DNA of 34,410 bases from an uncultured archaeon. GTDB lineage: Archaea; Halobacteriota; Archaeoglobi; Archaeoglobales; Archaeoglobaceae. A program made the position numbers and the translations under genes. The stretch lies in NCBI GenBank assembly GCA_964587675.1, contig CAZPML010000001.1:1-34410 (forward strand). Reading direction: 5' to 3'. Positions 1 to 7,726 of the stretch are shown one piece after another; within the stretch, counting starts at the first letter, position 1; each line of letters opens with the position of its first letter. The notes under the pieces were generated by a model. It made no database searches, had not been told where the DNA came from, and worked only from the letters and a program-made list of their open reading frames with translations.

Positions 1-1
1 A

Positions 2-115
2 AAAGATGCTGAAAATTCTGTTAAATATGTAGTATTGGGTCATAACACTGTACGTGGTGCCGCTGGTGCAAGCATTCTTAATGCAGAATTACTTGTAGCA
101 AAAAAATATGTATAG
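2..115 (+). CDS. asd: 3' end of aspartate-semialdehyde dehydrogenase-like gene (partial, runs off window start)
   Basis: Frame 2 reads [37 protein letters not shown] then TAG at 113-115. The N-x-V/L-R/K-GAAG...NAELL tail is typical of the Asd/ArgC semialdehyde dehydrogenase C-terminus. Confidence 0.55.
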   Translation, partial: KDAENSVKYVVLGHNTVRGAAGASILNAELLVAKKYV

Positions 116-154
116 TTTAGAAACTTTTTTATGAAAATAAAATAAAATCTTCAC

Positions 155-1486
155 ATGCCAATTAATGTATTTAAGAAAATAATAGGTGGTGAATTTCCGA
201 AAGGGTCGATTATTCTCATTTCGGGAGAACCAGGAACAGGAAAAACAATCTTTGTTTCTTCATATGCTCAGGAGGAACTAAGGAGGGGAAAAAAGGTCTT
301 GTATATATGTTTCAATGAAACAAAGGATGAGTACTTTACTAATATTAAAAAAATTGGGATTGACCTTGAAGATAATAAATTTAGATTCCTTGATTTCTTC
401 TTAACTTCCAATGAAGCGATAGAAATACAATTAAAATTAATCTTAGAGGAAATAAATAAATTTCAACCAAATCTTTTGATTATCGACTCGATAACTCCTA
501 TCTTATCATTAATTGAATCAAAGAAAATTAGGGGATTCATAAGAACTTCTTTGGGCACATATACGAAAAGTATGAAAATAACGACAATCCTTGTATCTGA
601 ACGAACTGAATCTTCTAGTACCATAGAATTTGCAGTTGATGGTGTAATTCTTCTGAAATGTGAGAAGTATGGGGAATACTACAGAAGGGTTATGGAGATC
701 CCAAAGATGAGGGGTGTGAAAATTTCCAAACCTCAATATGAATTTGCAATTACAGAAAATGGTATAGTTATTTTTGAAGTACCTAAATTAGAAATTAAGC
801 AGGATTCATCGTTTGAAAGGATTAGTACGGGTATTAGAGAACTTGATCAACTGCTTGAAGGTGGCTACTACGTTGGATCTACAACTTTTATCGTAGGCCA
901 TACTGGCGCTGGAAAAACAACTTTTGGATTACATTTTGTTTATGAGAACTGTTTAAGAGGAAGAAGAGCAGTTTTCATCTCCTTTGATGAGGGAAGAGGC
1001 GGAGTGCTAAAAGCAATGAAAAATTACGGGATGTCATATGATAAGGTAAAAGAGAACCTGATGTTACTTGACTACATTCCCGAAGCCTCAAGTCCTGTTT
1101 CCATTTTCATCGATTTAATTGAAAACATCGATAGATTAGATCCAGATTTGATATACATAGATAGCCTAACCTCGATACGGAAAATGGAAGAGAAAGAGAT
1201 GAAAAAGATGATTAGATATTTACAGATCATTACTAAGGAGAGGGGAATTACACTTTGCATATCAACAAATGCAGTTGGAGATTTAAATGAGATCCCTCTT
1301 ACGGAAATATGCACAATGGCGGATAATATAATTCTCCTCTGGAACGAAATATCGAAGAATGAAATTATTCGTCATCTCCTGGTTTTAAAAAGCAGAGCGA
1401 CAAACCATTCTCGAAAGATTTATAGGTATAAAATCACTGAGCGCGGAATAAAAATAGAGGGGAGGGCAGATGAAGAAAAACTGTAA
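155..1486 (+). CDS. Double-domain KaiC-like / RecA-superfamily ATPase
   Basis: Two RecA-like halves. Each has a Walker A (GEPGTGKT at nt 224-247, GHTGAGKT at nt 896-919), a Walker B-like hydrophobic-D-S strand (LLIIDSI, LIYIDSL) and a C-terminal K-x-R-G/A...Y-x-I/F-x-I-T-E-x-G-I motif. A TATA-like TTTTTTATG lies 22-30 nt upstream of the ATG and there is no SD, which fits a leaderless transcript. Confidence 0.85.
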   Translation: MPINVFKKIIGGEFPKGSIILISGEPGTGKTIFVSSYAQEELRRGKKVLYICFNETKDEYFTNIKKIGIDLEDNKFRFLDFFLTSNEAIEIQLKLILEEINKFQPNLLIIDSITPILSLIESKKIRGFIRTSLGTYTKSMKITTILVSERTESSSTIEFAVDGVILLKCEKYGEYYRRVMEIPKMRGVKISKPQYEFAITENGIVIFEVPKLEIKQDSSFERISTGIRELDQLLEGGYYVGSTTFIVGHTGAGKTTFGLHFVYENCLRGRRAVFISFDEGRGGVLKAMKNYGMSYDKVKENLMLLDYIPEASSPVSIFIDLIENIDRLDPDLIYIDSLTSIRKMEEKEMKKMIRYLQIITKERGITLCISTNAVGDLNEIPLTEICTMADNIILLWNEISKNEIIRHLLVLKSRATNHSRKIYRYKITERGIKIEGRADEEKL

Positions 1487-1772
1487 AGATATCCTTTTAA
1501 AAGCGATCAAATCGGCTAGCGAAAAAGCTGGACCAATTTTAGAGGACATCTTGGATCTGCATTTAAAGAGAACGCTAGGCACCGGTATTGAGATTGTATG
1601 CGATAATCCAAAAGAGTTCAAAGAAAGTTTAACAAGGCTTTTTGGAGAATACAGCACAAGATTGTTCGAGCTCATATTGATACAAGAGATTAAAAAAATA
1701 GCAGACATCGGAGAAGGTTTGGACACAATCGAGGAGATAGTTGATCAGATAAGGAGATATGAATCCAATTGA
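1470..1772 (+). CDS. Hypothetical small (100 aa) predicted all-helical protein, KaiC-module partner
   Basis: The ATG lies inside the KaiC-like gene's last codons (17-nt overlap) and is preceded by GAGGGGAGGG (SD-like). Its end overlaps the next gene by 14 nt. Composition is acidic and heptad-like. I recognise no motif with certainty. Confidence 0.55.
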   Translation: MKKNCKDILLKAIKSASEKAGPILEDILDLHLKRTLGTGIEIVCDNPKEFKESLTRLFGEYSTRLFELILIQEIKKIADIGEGLDTIEEIVDQIRRYESN

Positions 1773-2400
1773 AATTTTTGCTAAATCTTGTCATGAACTT
1801 TCACCTTCATTAATTGAATATGAGGTTGGAAGTGAGGTGGAGTTTTTCCTTTTCAAGTTCCTTAATATCGTTAACAAACTTTATACAAGTTTTTTTGTTA
1901 TTTCTTTTTTCGATGCTTTTAAAGCCTTCTCAAAATATACAACGAGAGTTTTTGGGAAACCAAACGTTTTAGATAAATGCCAGACAATTCCGATATTTAG
2001 TAAAGAAAGTGACAGTTTGAGAGGTTCAATTCCGATTGTTTTGGCTGAAATAAAAAAGAATTTCGAAAAATTAAGCAATTCTCTAGTGATTGTCCTTGGT
2101 TTAGATTTCTACTCTGTAATTTTCGGAGAAGAGGAATTGACAAAACTCTATCCTAGACTTATAAATCTTACATATTCTTCGAATACATTAATAGTCCTAA
2201 ACACAAAACTGCTGAGCAATAGAGCAATACAAATCGTTGATGGTTTTTCTGCTACAATCGCGAAATTGGGTGTTGAAGAAAAAGAAGGGAAGTTAATGAG
2301 ATACCTAGTCCTGCTAAGAACGCCATTTCCAGAATACAATTTAAGAAAATGGTACTTTTCAATAGAGAGAGGAGAGATATTATTCCATAATTCAGAATAG
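1759..2400 (+). CDS. Single KaiC/RecA-like domain protein lacking a P-loop (putative pseudo-ATPase)
   Basis: AAGGAG lies 3 nt upstream of the ATG. The sequence is colinear with domain 1 of the adjacent KaiC-like protein. SLIEYEVGSEVEFFLFKFL sits where SIILISGEPGTGKTIFVSSYA is. FFVISFFD matches VLYICFNE, and LVIVLGLDF matches LLIIDSI. VDGFSATIAKL...MRYLVLLRTPFP...WYFSIERGEILF matches VDGVILLKCE...RRVMEIPKMRGVK...YEFAITENGIVIF. No GxxGxGK[TS] is present. Confidence 0.6.
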   Translation: MNPIEIFAKSCHELSPSLIEYEVGSEVEFFLFKFLNIVNKLYTSFFVISFFDAFKAFSKYTTRVFGKPNVLDKCQTIPIFSKESDSLRGSIPIVLAEIKKNFEKLSNSLVIVLGLDFYSVIFGEEELTKLYPRLINLTYSSNTLIVLNTKLLSNRAIQIVDGFSATIAKLGVEEKEGKLMRYLVLLRTPFPEYNLRKWYFSIERGEILFHNSE

Positions 2401-2411
2401 GAGGGACATTT

Positions 2412-3575
2412 TTGCAACCTAAAAGAGAGTTAACAGCTATTTTAGCTCTTAAAAGCTTATTACCACCACTATTTTTGAGCTTATTATTTGATATAATTGC
2501 TGGATCATTTCTTGGTGTTAGTTTTGAAAAGTTGATGGTAAGTTATCCAACGATACTTTTCATCCTTCCTGCTTTAATGGGTCTTCGTGGTAACGTATTT
2601 GGCTCTCTTGGATCTAGGATCTCTACCTCGCTGTATTTAGGTTCAGCTGAACCCTCTTTTTCCGACAAATTGGTAAGAAATGACATTCTATTTAGCATAT
2701 GGGCAGCTACGATTCCAGCTTTTATTTTGCTTACTGTTGCTAGTCTAAGATTTCCCGAACCAGAACTTATTATAAAAACTTTTTATATAATTTTAGGATC
2801 TAGTGTGTCGATATCAGTTATTTTAGGCATACTTACAGCAGTAATAGTTATTCAAAGCTTTAAAGCGGGTTTTGATCCAGACAATCTTGTTGGACCGGCT
2901 ATTACGACCTTTGCTGATTTGGTATCGATACCTTCAATCATCCTGTTCATATTAATACTTGAATATTTAGGAAGTTTTGAATATTTGGCCGCATTATTCA
3001 TTTGTATATTACTTTTTTCATTTTATAATACAATAAAAAATAGACGAGGCTTTAAAGAACTGCTCATCATAATTTCAATACTGGCCCTCTTACAATGCAT
3101 TACCGGATCCCTCCTTCAGGAGTATAGTGAGGATATACATGCTTCTACAATACTTGCTTTTGCTTATCCAGCAATTCTTGGAAGTGTGGGTAACTATGGA
3201 AGCATCGTTGTAGCTAGGACGTCAACAAAACTTCATCTTGGTGAAGTCACCAGCTTTGCATCACGTACGGTTGTTTTGGATATTTTTTACGTGTTCTTAG
3301 TTAGCGTCGTTATAGTTCCGGTAATTTTTCTCTCATCGGTTTTAATGTCAAGTTTCTTAGGATCTAAATCTAAGATCGATATATTGGCCTTCGTGATGTT
3401 TTCTAGTATTTATTTGCTGCTAACAGCTCTAATTCTTATATTTTCAGCGATTATATCTATATCACTTTACAGAAGAGGCGTAAACCCAGATGATGGCGGA
3501 ATACCGCTTGCAACAACAATTTCAGACATTTTTGGTACAGTTGCAGTAGTGGTACTTGCCAAATTGCTAATTTAA
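2412..3575 (+). CDS. Tandem MgtE-type transmembrane-domain protein (COG1824-like putative divalent cation transporter), no cytosolic sensor domains
   Basis: TTG start 11 nt after the upstream stop, with GGAGG at about 2401-2405. There is an internal duplication: LPALMGLRGNVFGSLGSRISTSLYLG ... DPDNLVGPAITTFADLVSI, then YPAILGSVGNYGSIVVARTSTKLHLG ... NPDDGGIPLATTISDIFGT. Strongly hydrophobic throughout. Confidence 0.65.
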   Translation: MQPKRELTAILALKSLLPPLFLSLLFDIIAGSFLGVSFEKLMVSYPTILFILPALMGLRGNVFGSLGSRISTSLYLGSAEPSFSDKLVRNDILFSIWAATIPAFILLTVASLRFPEPELIIKTFYIILGSSVSISVILGILTAVIVIQSFKAGFDPDNLVGPAITTFADLVSIPSIILFILILEYLGSFEYLAALFICILLFSFYNTIKNRRGFKELLIIISILALLQCITGSLLQEYSEDIHASTILAFAYPAILGSVGNYGSIVVARTSTKLHLGEVTSFASRTVVLDIFYVFLVSVVIVPVIFLSSVLMSSFLGSKSKIDILAFVMFSSIYLLLTALILIFSAIISISLYRRGVNPDDGGIPLATTISDIFGTVAVVVLAKLLI

Positions 3576-3583
3576 GCCTGCAT

Positions 3584-3594
3584 CCTTTCTTTTT
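3584..3594 (+). terminator. Oligo-T tract (CCTTTCTTTTT) just after the MgtE-like stop, a candidate archaeal terminator for the 155-3575 unit
   Basis: First T-rich run after four tightly coupled genes. Archaeal termination commonly uses oligo-T. Confidence 0.35.
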
Positions 3595-3637
3595 AAAATC
3601 CTAGAAATAGCAGGGCATAAATTGCTTTAAGCTTTCA

Positions 3638-3673
3638 ATTACCACGTAAATGATATTTAGAGATCGTGGTAAT
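3638..3673 (+). promoter_or_regulatory. Perfect 9-bp inverted repeat ATTACCACG-N18-CGTGGTAAT bracketing a TATA-like element upstream of the HAD phosphatase gene
   Basis: Arms at 3638-3646 and 3665-3673. The loop TAAATGATATTTAGAGAT contains ATATTTA about 27 nt upstream of the ATG at 3682. No SD is present, which fits a leaderless gene. Confidence 0.4.
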
Positions 3674-3678
3674 AATTC

Positions 3679-4350
3679 TTGATGTTCCAACCCAAAGGCT
3701 TAGCAGTAGATATCGATGGTACTCTAACAAATAGGAAAAGAGCCATTAATTGTAACGCAGTTGAGGCACTAAGAAAGGTTAAAATACCGGTAATTCTCGC
3801 TACAGGAAACATATCTTGCTTTGCACGTACGGCAGCTAAGCTTATAGGTATCTCAGATATAGTCATTTGTGAAAATGGAGGAGTTGTTCGCTTTTCTTAC
3901 AATGGGGAAGACATAATTCTAGGTGATCGTTCTAAGTGTATTGATGCACTTAATGAACTAAAAAGATATTTCAAAGTAGATTTACTTGACTTCGAATACA
4001 GAAAATCAGAGATATGCCTCAAAAGAAACTTCGATGTGGAAACTGCTCGAAAAATACTCAAGAATTTCGATGTTAAGATTCTCGATTCTGGATTTGCCTA
4101 TCACATCGTCGATAAAAAAGTAAATAAAGGATATGCGCTGAAGTTTATAGCGAGAAAATTAGGTATTGATACTAGAGATTTTGCAGTGATAGGCGATTCT
4201 GAGAACGATATAGAAATGTTTAAAGTTGCTGGATTTGGGATTGCTGTAGCAAATGCAGACGAAAAATTGAAAGTTATCGCTGATTTAGTTACACCCTCAT
4301 CAGATGGTGATGGTGTTGTTGAAGCTTTAAAATTTTTGAATTTAATATAG
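3679..4350 (+). CDS. Archaeal-type phosphoglycolate phosphatase (HAD-IIB / Cof-like)
   Basis: Has the HAD motifs DIDGTLT (motif I), ATGN (motif II) and GDSENDIEMF (motif IV). The 223-aa length and overall layout match archaeal PGP. The likely true start is the ATG at 3682, since the track start 3679 is TTG. Confidence 0.8.
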   Translation: MMFQPKGLAVDIDGTLTNRKRAINCNAVEALRKVKIPVILATGNISCFARTAAKLIGISDIVICENGGVVRFSYNGEDIILGDRSKCIDALNELKRYFKVDLLDFEYRKSEICLKRNFDVETARKILKNFDVKILDSGFAYHIVDKKVNKGYALKFIARKLGIDTRDFAVIGDSENDIEMFKVAGFGIAVANADEKLKVIADLVTPSSDGDGVVEALKFLNLI

Positions 4351-4789
4351 AAGATGTTAAATTTTTTACCTGTATTTGTTCCCTTCTGTGTAGCTTTATT
4401 GCCTCAATAACTAAAGCTTCAACTTGTTTAGATGGTTTTTTATCTTTCTTTAAGACCAAATTCGGACAAAAGGTGTCAGCATAAATGTAGTATTCTTCAC
4501 CTTTATATTCAAACAGGGCATCGTCTTCGCCTCTGTCTCTTATTATGAATGGAAATAGTTTACAAGCCATTGGTTTTAAATTATTTTGCAAAGTGCAGAA
4601 TCTCCCAATTTGGAATGGGCAAAACTTTCCAATTTTTTTTATGTAAAACTTCCCGTTTCTTTCTTCCACGAATCCTGTGGGTTTAAGCCTTAAGTACTCA
4701 TGGAAATTTAATTTAACTCTATATTCCCTACAACACCGTCCACAAGCTATACAGTGCCAAGAGGCTACACGCCTCCAAGGCACATGCAT
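4289..4789 (-). CDS. YkgJ/UPF0153-family cysteine-cluster (CxxCxxCC) protein
   Basis: N-terminal CIACGRCC, then downstream CPF...C.LQ...KPMACKLFPF, typical of the Fe-S/Zn cluster family PF03692. The last ~20 codons run antisense to the phosphatase gene's 3' end. Confidence 0.7.
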   Translation of the reverse strand: MHVPWRRVASWHCIACGRCCREYRVKLNFHEYLRLKPTGFVEERNGKFYIKKIGKFCPFQIGRFCTLQNNLKPMACKLFPFIIRDRGEDDALFEYKGEEYYIYADTFCPNLVLKKDKKPSKQVEALVIEAIKLHRREQIQVKNLTSSILNSKILKLQQHHHHLMRV

Positions 4790-4930
4790 AATTAGCCATA
4801 TTTCAAGGCTACAGGCTATATTAATTTTACCAATAAAGACAGGCCGTTGTACTTTTTAATCACTTTTTAAGGAGTGTAAGTTCTTTCGGTATGTTTTAGC
4901 TATATTAGCCGCATTGATCTGGTAAAGCTT

Positions 4931-5413
4931 TCATAGAACAAAAACTGCAACAGCCACGGTAGTTGTAATATCCTCTACTTTAGCTCTAATAGTTGTACTT
5001 GCAGTTTTAATTTTACCTTTAGTCGAATTTTTGAGCATTTCAACAGCCAAGTTCTCTGTTCTTTTATCTGCTCCTTCTTTCCACATACCTGATTGTTCCG
5101 CAATGTAACCAATAGTTCTACCATCCATCGGAACGGCTAGTGCTATGCTTGCGAATATTTCTCTTCCTTTCTCGTCACTAGTCATTTTTGCCATAACACA
5201 GTGTACAATTTGTCCCGGTCTTAGTCTCCTGATTCCCACTTCTTTTTTAACTAACTTACATTTTGGTGGTACTATACTACTAACTTGGGCTAAATTGAAT
5301 TTTTCAATTCCTGCACTCCTCAAAGCCATTTCAAAACTTAATAATTCATCTTTATGGCGACCTACACCTGATGTTAGAAAAACCATTTTCGGTGTCATCC
5401 TCCTTTTAAACAT
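4931..5413 (-). CDS. pdaD: Pyruvoyl-dependent arginine decarboxylase
   Basis: VFLTSGVGRHKDELLSFEMALRSAGIEKFNLAQVSSIVPP carries the family's self-processing Ser-Ser site (VSS/I). Homologues start near MxPK, so Met6 (start 5398) may be the real start. Confidence 0.85.
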   Translation of the reverse strand: MFKRRMTPKMVFLTSGVGRHKDELLSFEMALRSAGIEKFNLAQVSSIVPPKCKLVKKEVGIRRLRPGQIVHCVMAKMTSDEKGREIFASIALAVPMDGRTIGYIAEQSGMWKEGADKRTENLAVEMLKNSTKGKIKTASTTIRAKVEDITTTVAVAVFVL

Positions 5414-5489
5414 GGGCTTGGATTTTTTTAGCTAGATTTAAGTTTTGCTAGAGCTATCCAAATAAGGGGGAAAAAGTTATTTATCCTAA

Positions 5490-6350
5490 TTGAACGTGCC
5501 GAAAATGATGAGAGCATTTGACATTATGAATCCAAATGTGATCTCTATATCTCTTCCAAGTACTAGAGAGAAAGTTCTTGAGTTGTTTAAGGAATATGGT
5601 ATCTCAGCAGTTCCTGTTTTAAAAAAAGGTAAATTGGTTGGAATAGTAACTAGAAAGGATATACTGAGAAAAATAGACGAAGATCAGCTAGCATTGCTCA
5701 TGACTCCAAATCCAGTTACCGTAAATATAGACTCACCGGTTACCAAAATTGTTGAAATTCTAACATCGACCCCATTTAGAAGACTCCCCGTACTCCATGA
5801 AGGTAAATTAGCGGGGATTATAACCGTTCGGGATATAATAGCAAAAATAGCTGAAATGAATATAGCCACCCCAATTAAGAAATTTATTACTCCCTCCATT
5901 GTATGTGTGTGGGAAGATGACCCCCTCAATGTTGTTGGGGAAATCATGAGGTTAAGTAATTCAGAATTATGCGGAGTCTTGAATAGCGAGAACGAACTTG
6001 TGGGAATTATAGACGAGAAAATCATGTTAACTGAGACTTTAATTGAAGAGTTTATAGAACAAAGGGCTTATTCTTCATCAAGTGATACAGATGATTCCTG
6101 GAGTTGGGATGCTGTTAGAGATCATACCGTTAAATACTTTGAGGTGAGCGTAGTAAAACTTCCAAAAGAACCTGTTAGGAACTTTATGAAAAAGCCTGAG
6201 TTTGTCTATCCCCAAACCAATGTTTCGAAATGTGCAAAAAAGATGGTTAGCAGTGACGTCGACCATATTCCCGTTCTTGATTCCTCAAACAGATTGATTG
6301 GAATGGTCAGAGATAAAGACCTAATAAAGATCCTTCTAAATGTTCAGTAG
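5490..6350 (+). CDS. CBS-domain protein (four CBS repeats)
   Basis: Repeated hydrophobic-x-PV...G+L-VGI+T-x-+D+L/I units, such as AVPVLKKGKLVGIVTRKDILRKI, RLPVLHEGKLAGIITVRDIIAKI and HIPVLDSSNRLIGMVRDKDLIKIL. The track start is TTG, and the ATGs at 5505/5508 are alternatives. Confidence 0.85.
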   Translation: MNVPKMMRAFDIMNPNVISISLPSTREKVLELFKEYGISAVPVLKKGKLVGIVTRKDILRKIDEDQLALLMTPNPVTVNIDSPVTKIVEILTSTPFRRLPVLHEGKLAGIITVRDIIAKIAEMNIATPIKKFITPSIVCVWEDDPLNVVGEIMRLSNSELCGVLNSENELVGIIDEKIMLTETLIEEFIEQRAYSSSSDTDDSWSWDAVRDHTVKYFEVSVVKLPKEPVRNFMKKPEFVYPQTNVSKCAKKMVSSDVDHIPVLDSSNRLIGMVRDKDLIKILLNVQ

Positions 6351-6945
6351 CAAGGAGCATCTTAGAAATTACATATGGGAGAAATTAAATGGAATCTGTT
6401 TTCCGAGACCGCATGGTAGAATACCAAACTTCTTTGGAGCTTGGAGAGCTTGTAGTAAAATTAGGAATCTTGACACTTACAATTCTTCTAATTTCTTCTT
6501 TTCAGCTCCTGATGGAGTCTTGTTTAGATTGAGAGAAATAATCTTAGAAGATGGTAAAAGTTTGCTTGTGGCGTTACCAAAAATGTCAGAATTCAGATTA
6601 CTAGATAAGTACATAAAGCCAAGTATCAGAATCATGGCAAAATTTGGTAAACACGTAAAATTAAGTGATTTAGACGGGACATTAGACTTCTTTGTCCAGG
6701 GTTGTGTCGCAGTTGACCTTCTTGGAAATAGAATAGGAAAGGGTAGTGGTTTTGGTGACAAAGAATATAAAATACTTAGAGAGAATAAGCTGATAAACGA
6801 TAATACGCTATACGTAGTCGTTGCGCACGATGTACAAGTTTTTGACGATTTTAGTTATTTATGTGAGGGTCACGATGTTAAAGTGGATGTAATACTCACT
6901 CCAACAAGGATTATTTGGACAGAAAACTACAAAGAACGATTTTAA
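6340..6945 (+). CDS. 5-formyltetrahydrofolate cyclo-ligase family protein
   Basis: About 200 aa. Has an N-terminal LRxxIWxKL helix and the C-terminal VAVDLLGNRIGKGSGFGDKEY motif (G-x-R-x-G-x-G-x-G-x-x-D), characteristic of the COG0212/MTHFS fold. Confidence 0.65.
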   Translation: MFSSKEHLRNYIWEKLNGICFPRPHGRIPNFFGAWRACSKIRNLDTYNSSNFFFSAPDGVLFRLREIILEDGKSLLVALPKMSEFRLLDKYIKPSIRIMAKFGKHVKLSDLDGTLDFFVQGCVAVDLLGNRIGKGSGFGDKEYKILRENKLINDNTLYVVVAHDVQVFDDFSYLCEGHDVKVDVILTPTRIIWTENYKERF

Positions 6946-7489
6946 CCCTTTTTTTAACTTCTTCTAAATCCTCATTTGCATTAATGATGACAACGTTCTC
7001 TTCGTGTGATAGTTCCAAGAACTTCTCCCTAACTTTTTTTAAATAATCTAATTCCTCAAAAGGTGTTCTTTTTTTTCTTGTACTAATTCTACCTAAAGCG
7101 ATTTCAGGTTTTACATCTAGTAAAATTACTAAATCGGGTTTTGGGGCTATCTTTTCATTTAGCTTTCTAATAAAGCTACCATCGATCCCTCTGGCGGATT
7201 GGTAAGCGATGTTTGAAAAGTAGTACCTGTCCATTACAACAACTTTGCCATTAGATAGGGCAGGTATTATGTTGTTTTTTACGTTTTCAATCCTATCTAA
7301 ATAGAAAAATTTAAGTTCTTCGTCAACTGATAACCTAGTCTCAAGAGATCTGATTATTCTACCGAATTTACTATTACTAGGTTCTCTTAGAATTACAACA
7401 TCGTATCCTTTCCTCCTAAGAAGTTCAGCTACGTATTTGCTAATAGTTGTCTTTCCTGATCCATCTATTCCTTCAATTGCGATTAACAT
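6911..7489 (-). CDS. tmk: Thymidylate (dTMP) kinase
   Basis: IAIEGIDGSGKTT P-loop, DRYYFSNIAYQ motif and 192-aa length. A strong SD (GGGAGGAGGAT) lies directly upstream of the ATG. Confidence 0.9.
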   Translation of the reverse strand: MLIAIEGIDGSGKTTISKYVAELLRRKGYDVVILREPSNSKFGRIIRSLETRLSVDEELKFFYLDRIENVKNNIIPALSNGKVVVMDRYYFSNIAYQSARGIDGSFIRKLNEKIAPKPDLVILLDVKPEIALGRISTRKKRTPFEELDYLKKVREKFLELSHEENVVIINANEDLEEVKKRVKIVLCSFLSK

Positions 7490-7726
7490 ATCCTCCTCCC
7501 AGTTTACAGTTCCACTATAACCTCGTTAGCCCCTCAATTAGTAAGATAGCATTGTATTGATTCTATCTCTTTACTTTATTACTCCTACTTACAAATTTTT
7601 CTATACCTATATTTGCCGTAAGCGATCGCTAATAATTTCTTACTTTTGTGTAAGGTACCTTTCTTTCCATTTCGGAATTGTAATTAAAGTTATACTCCCG
7701 GTTAAGAAGATTTGAGTACGGTTAGC

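Noticed and set aside
4292-4345. A His-His-His-His run near the C-terminus of the YkgJ-like ORF (...LQQHHHHLMRV) that looks like an affinity tag or metal-binding tail.
   Set aside because: It is the reverse-complement reading of the GAT GGT GAT GGT GTT GTT codons (DGDGVV) of the convergent phosphatase gene. I saw no vector-like sequence, and there is no reason to infer engineering or function.
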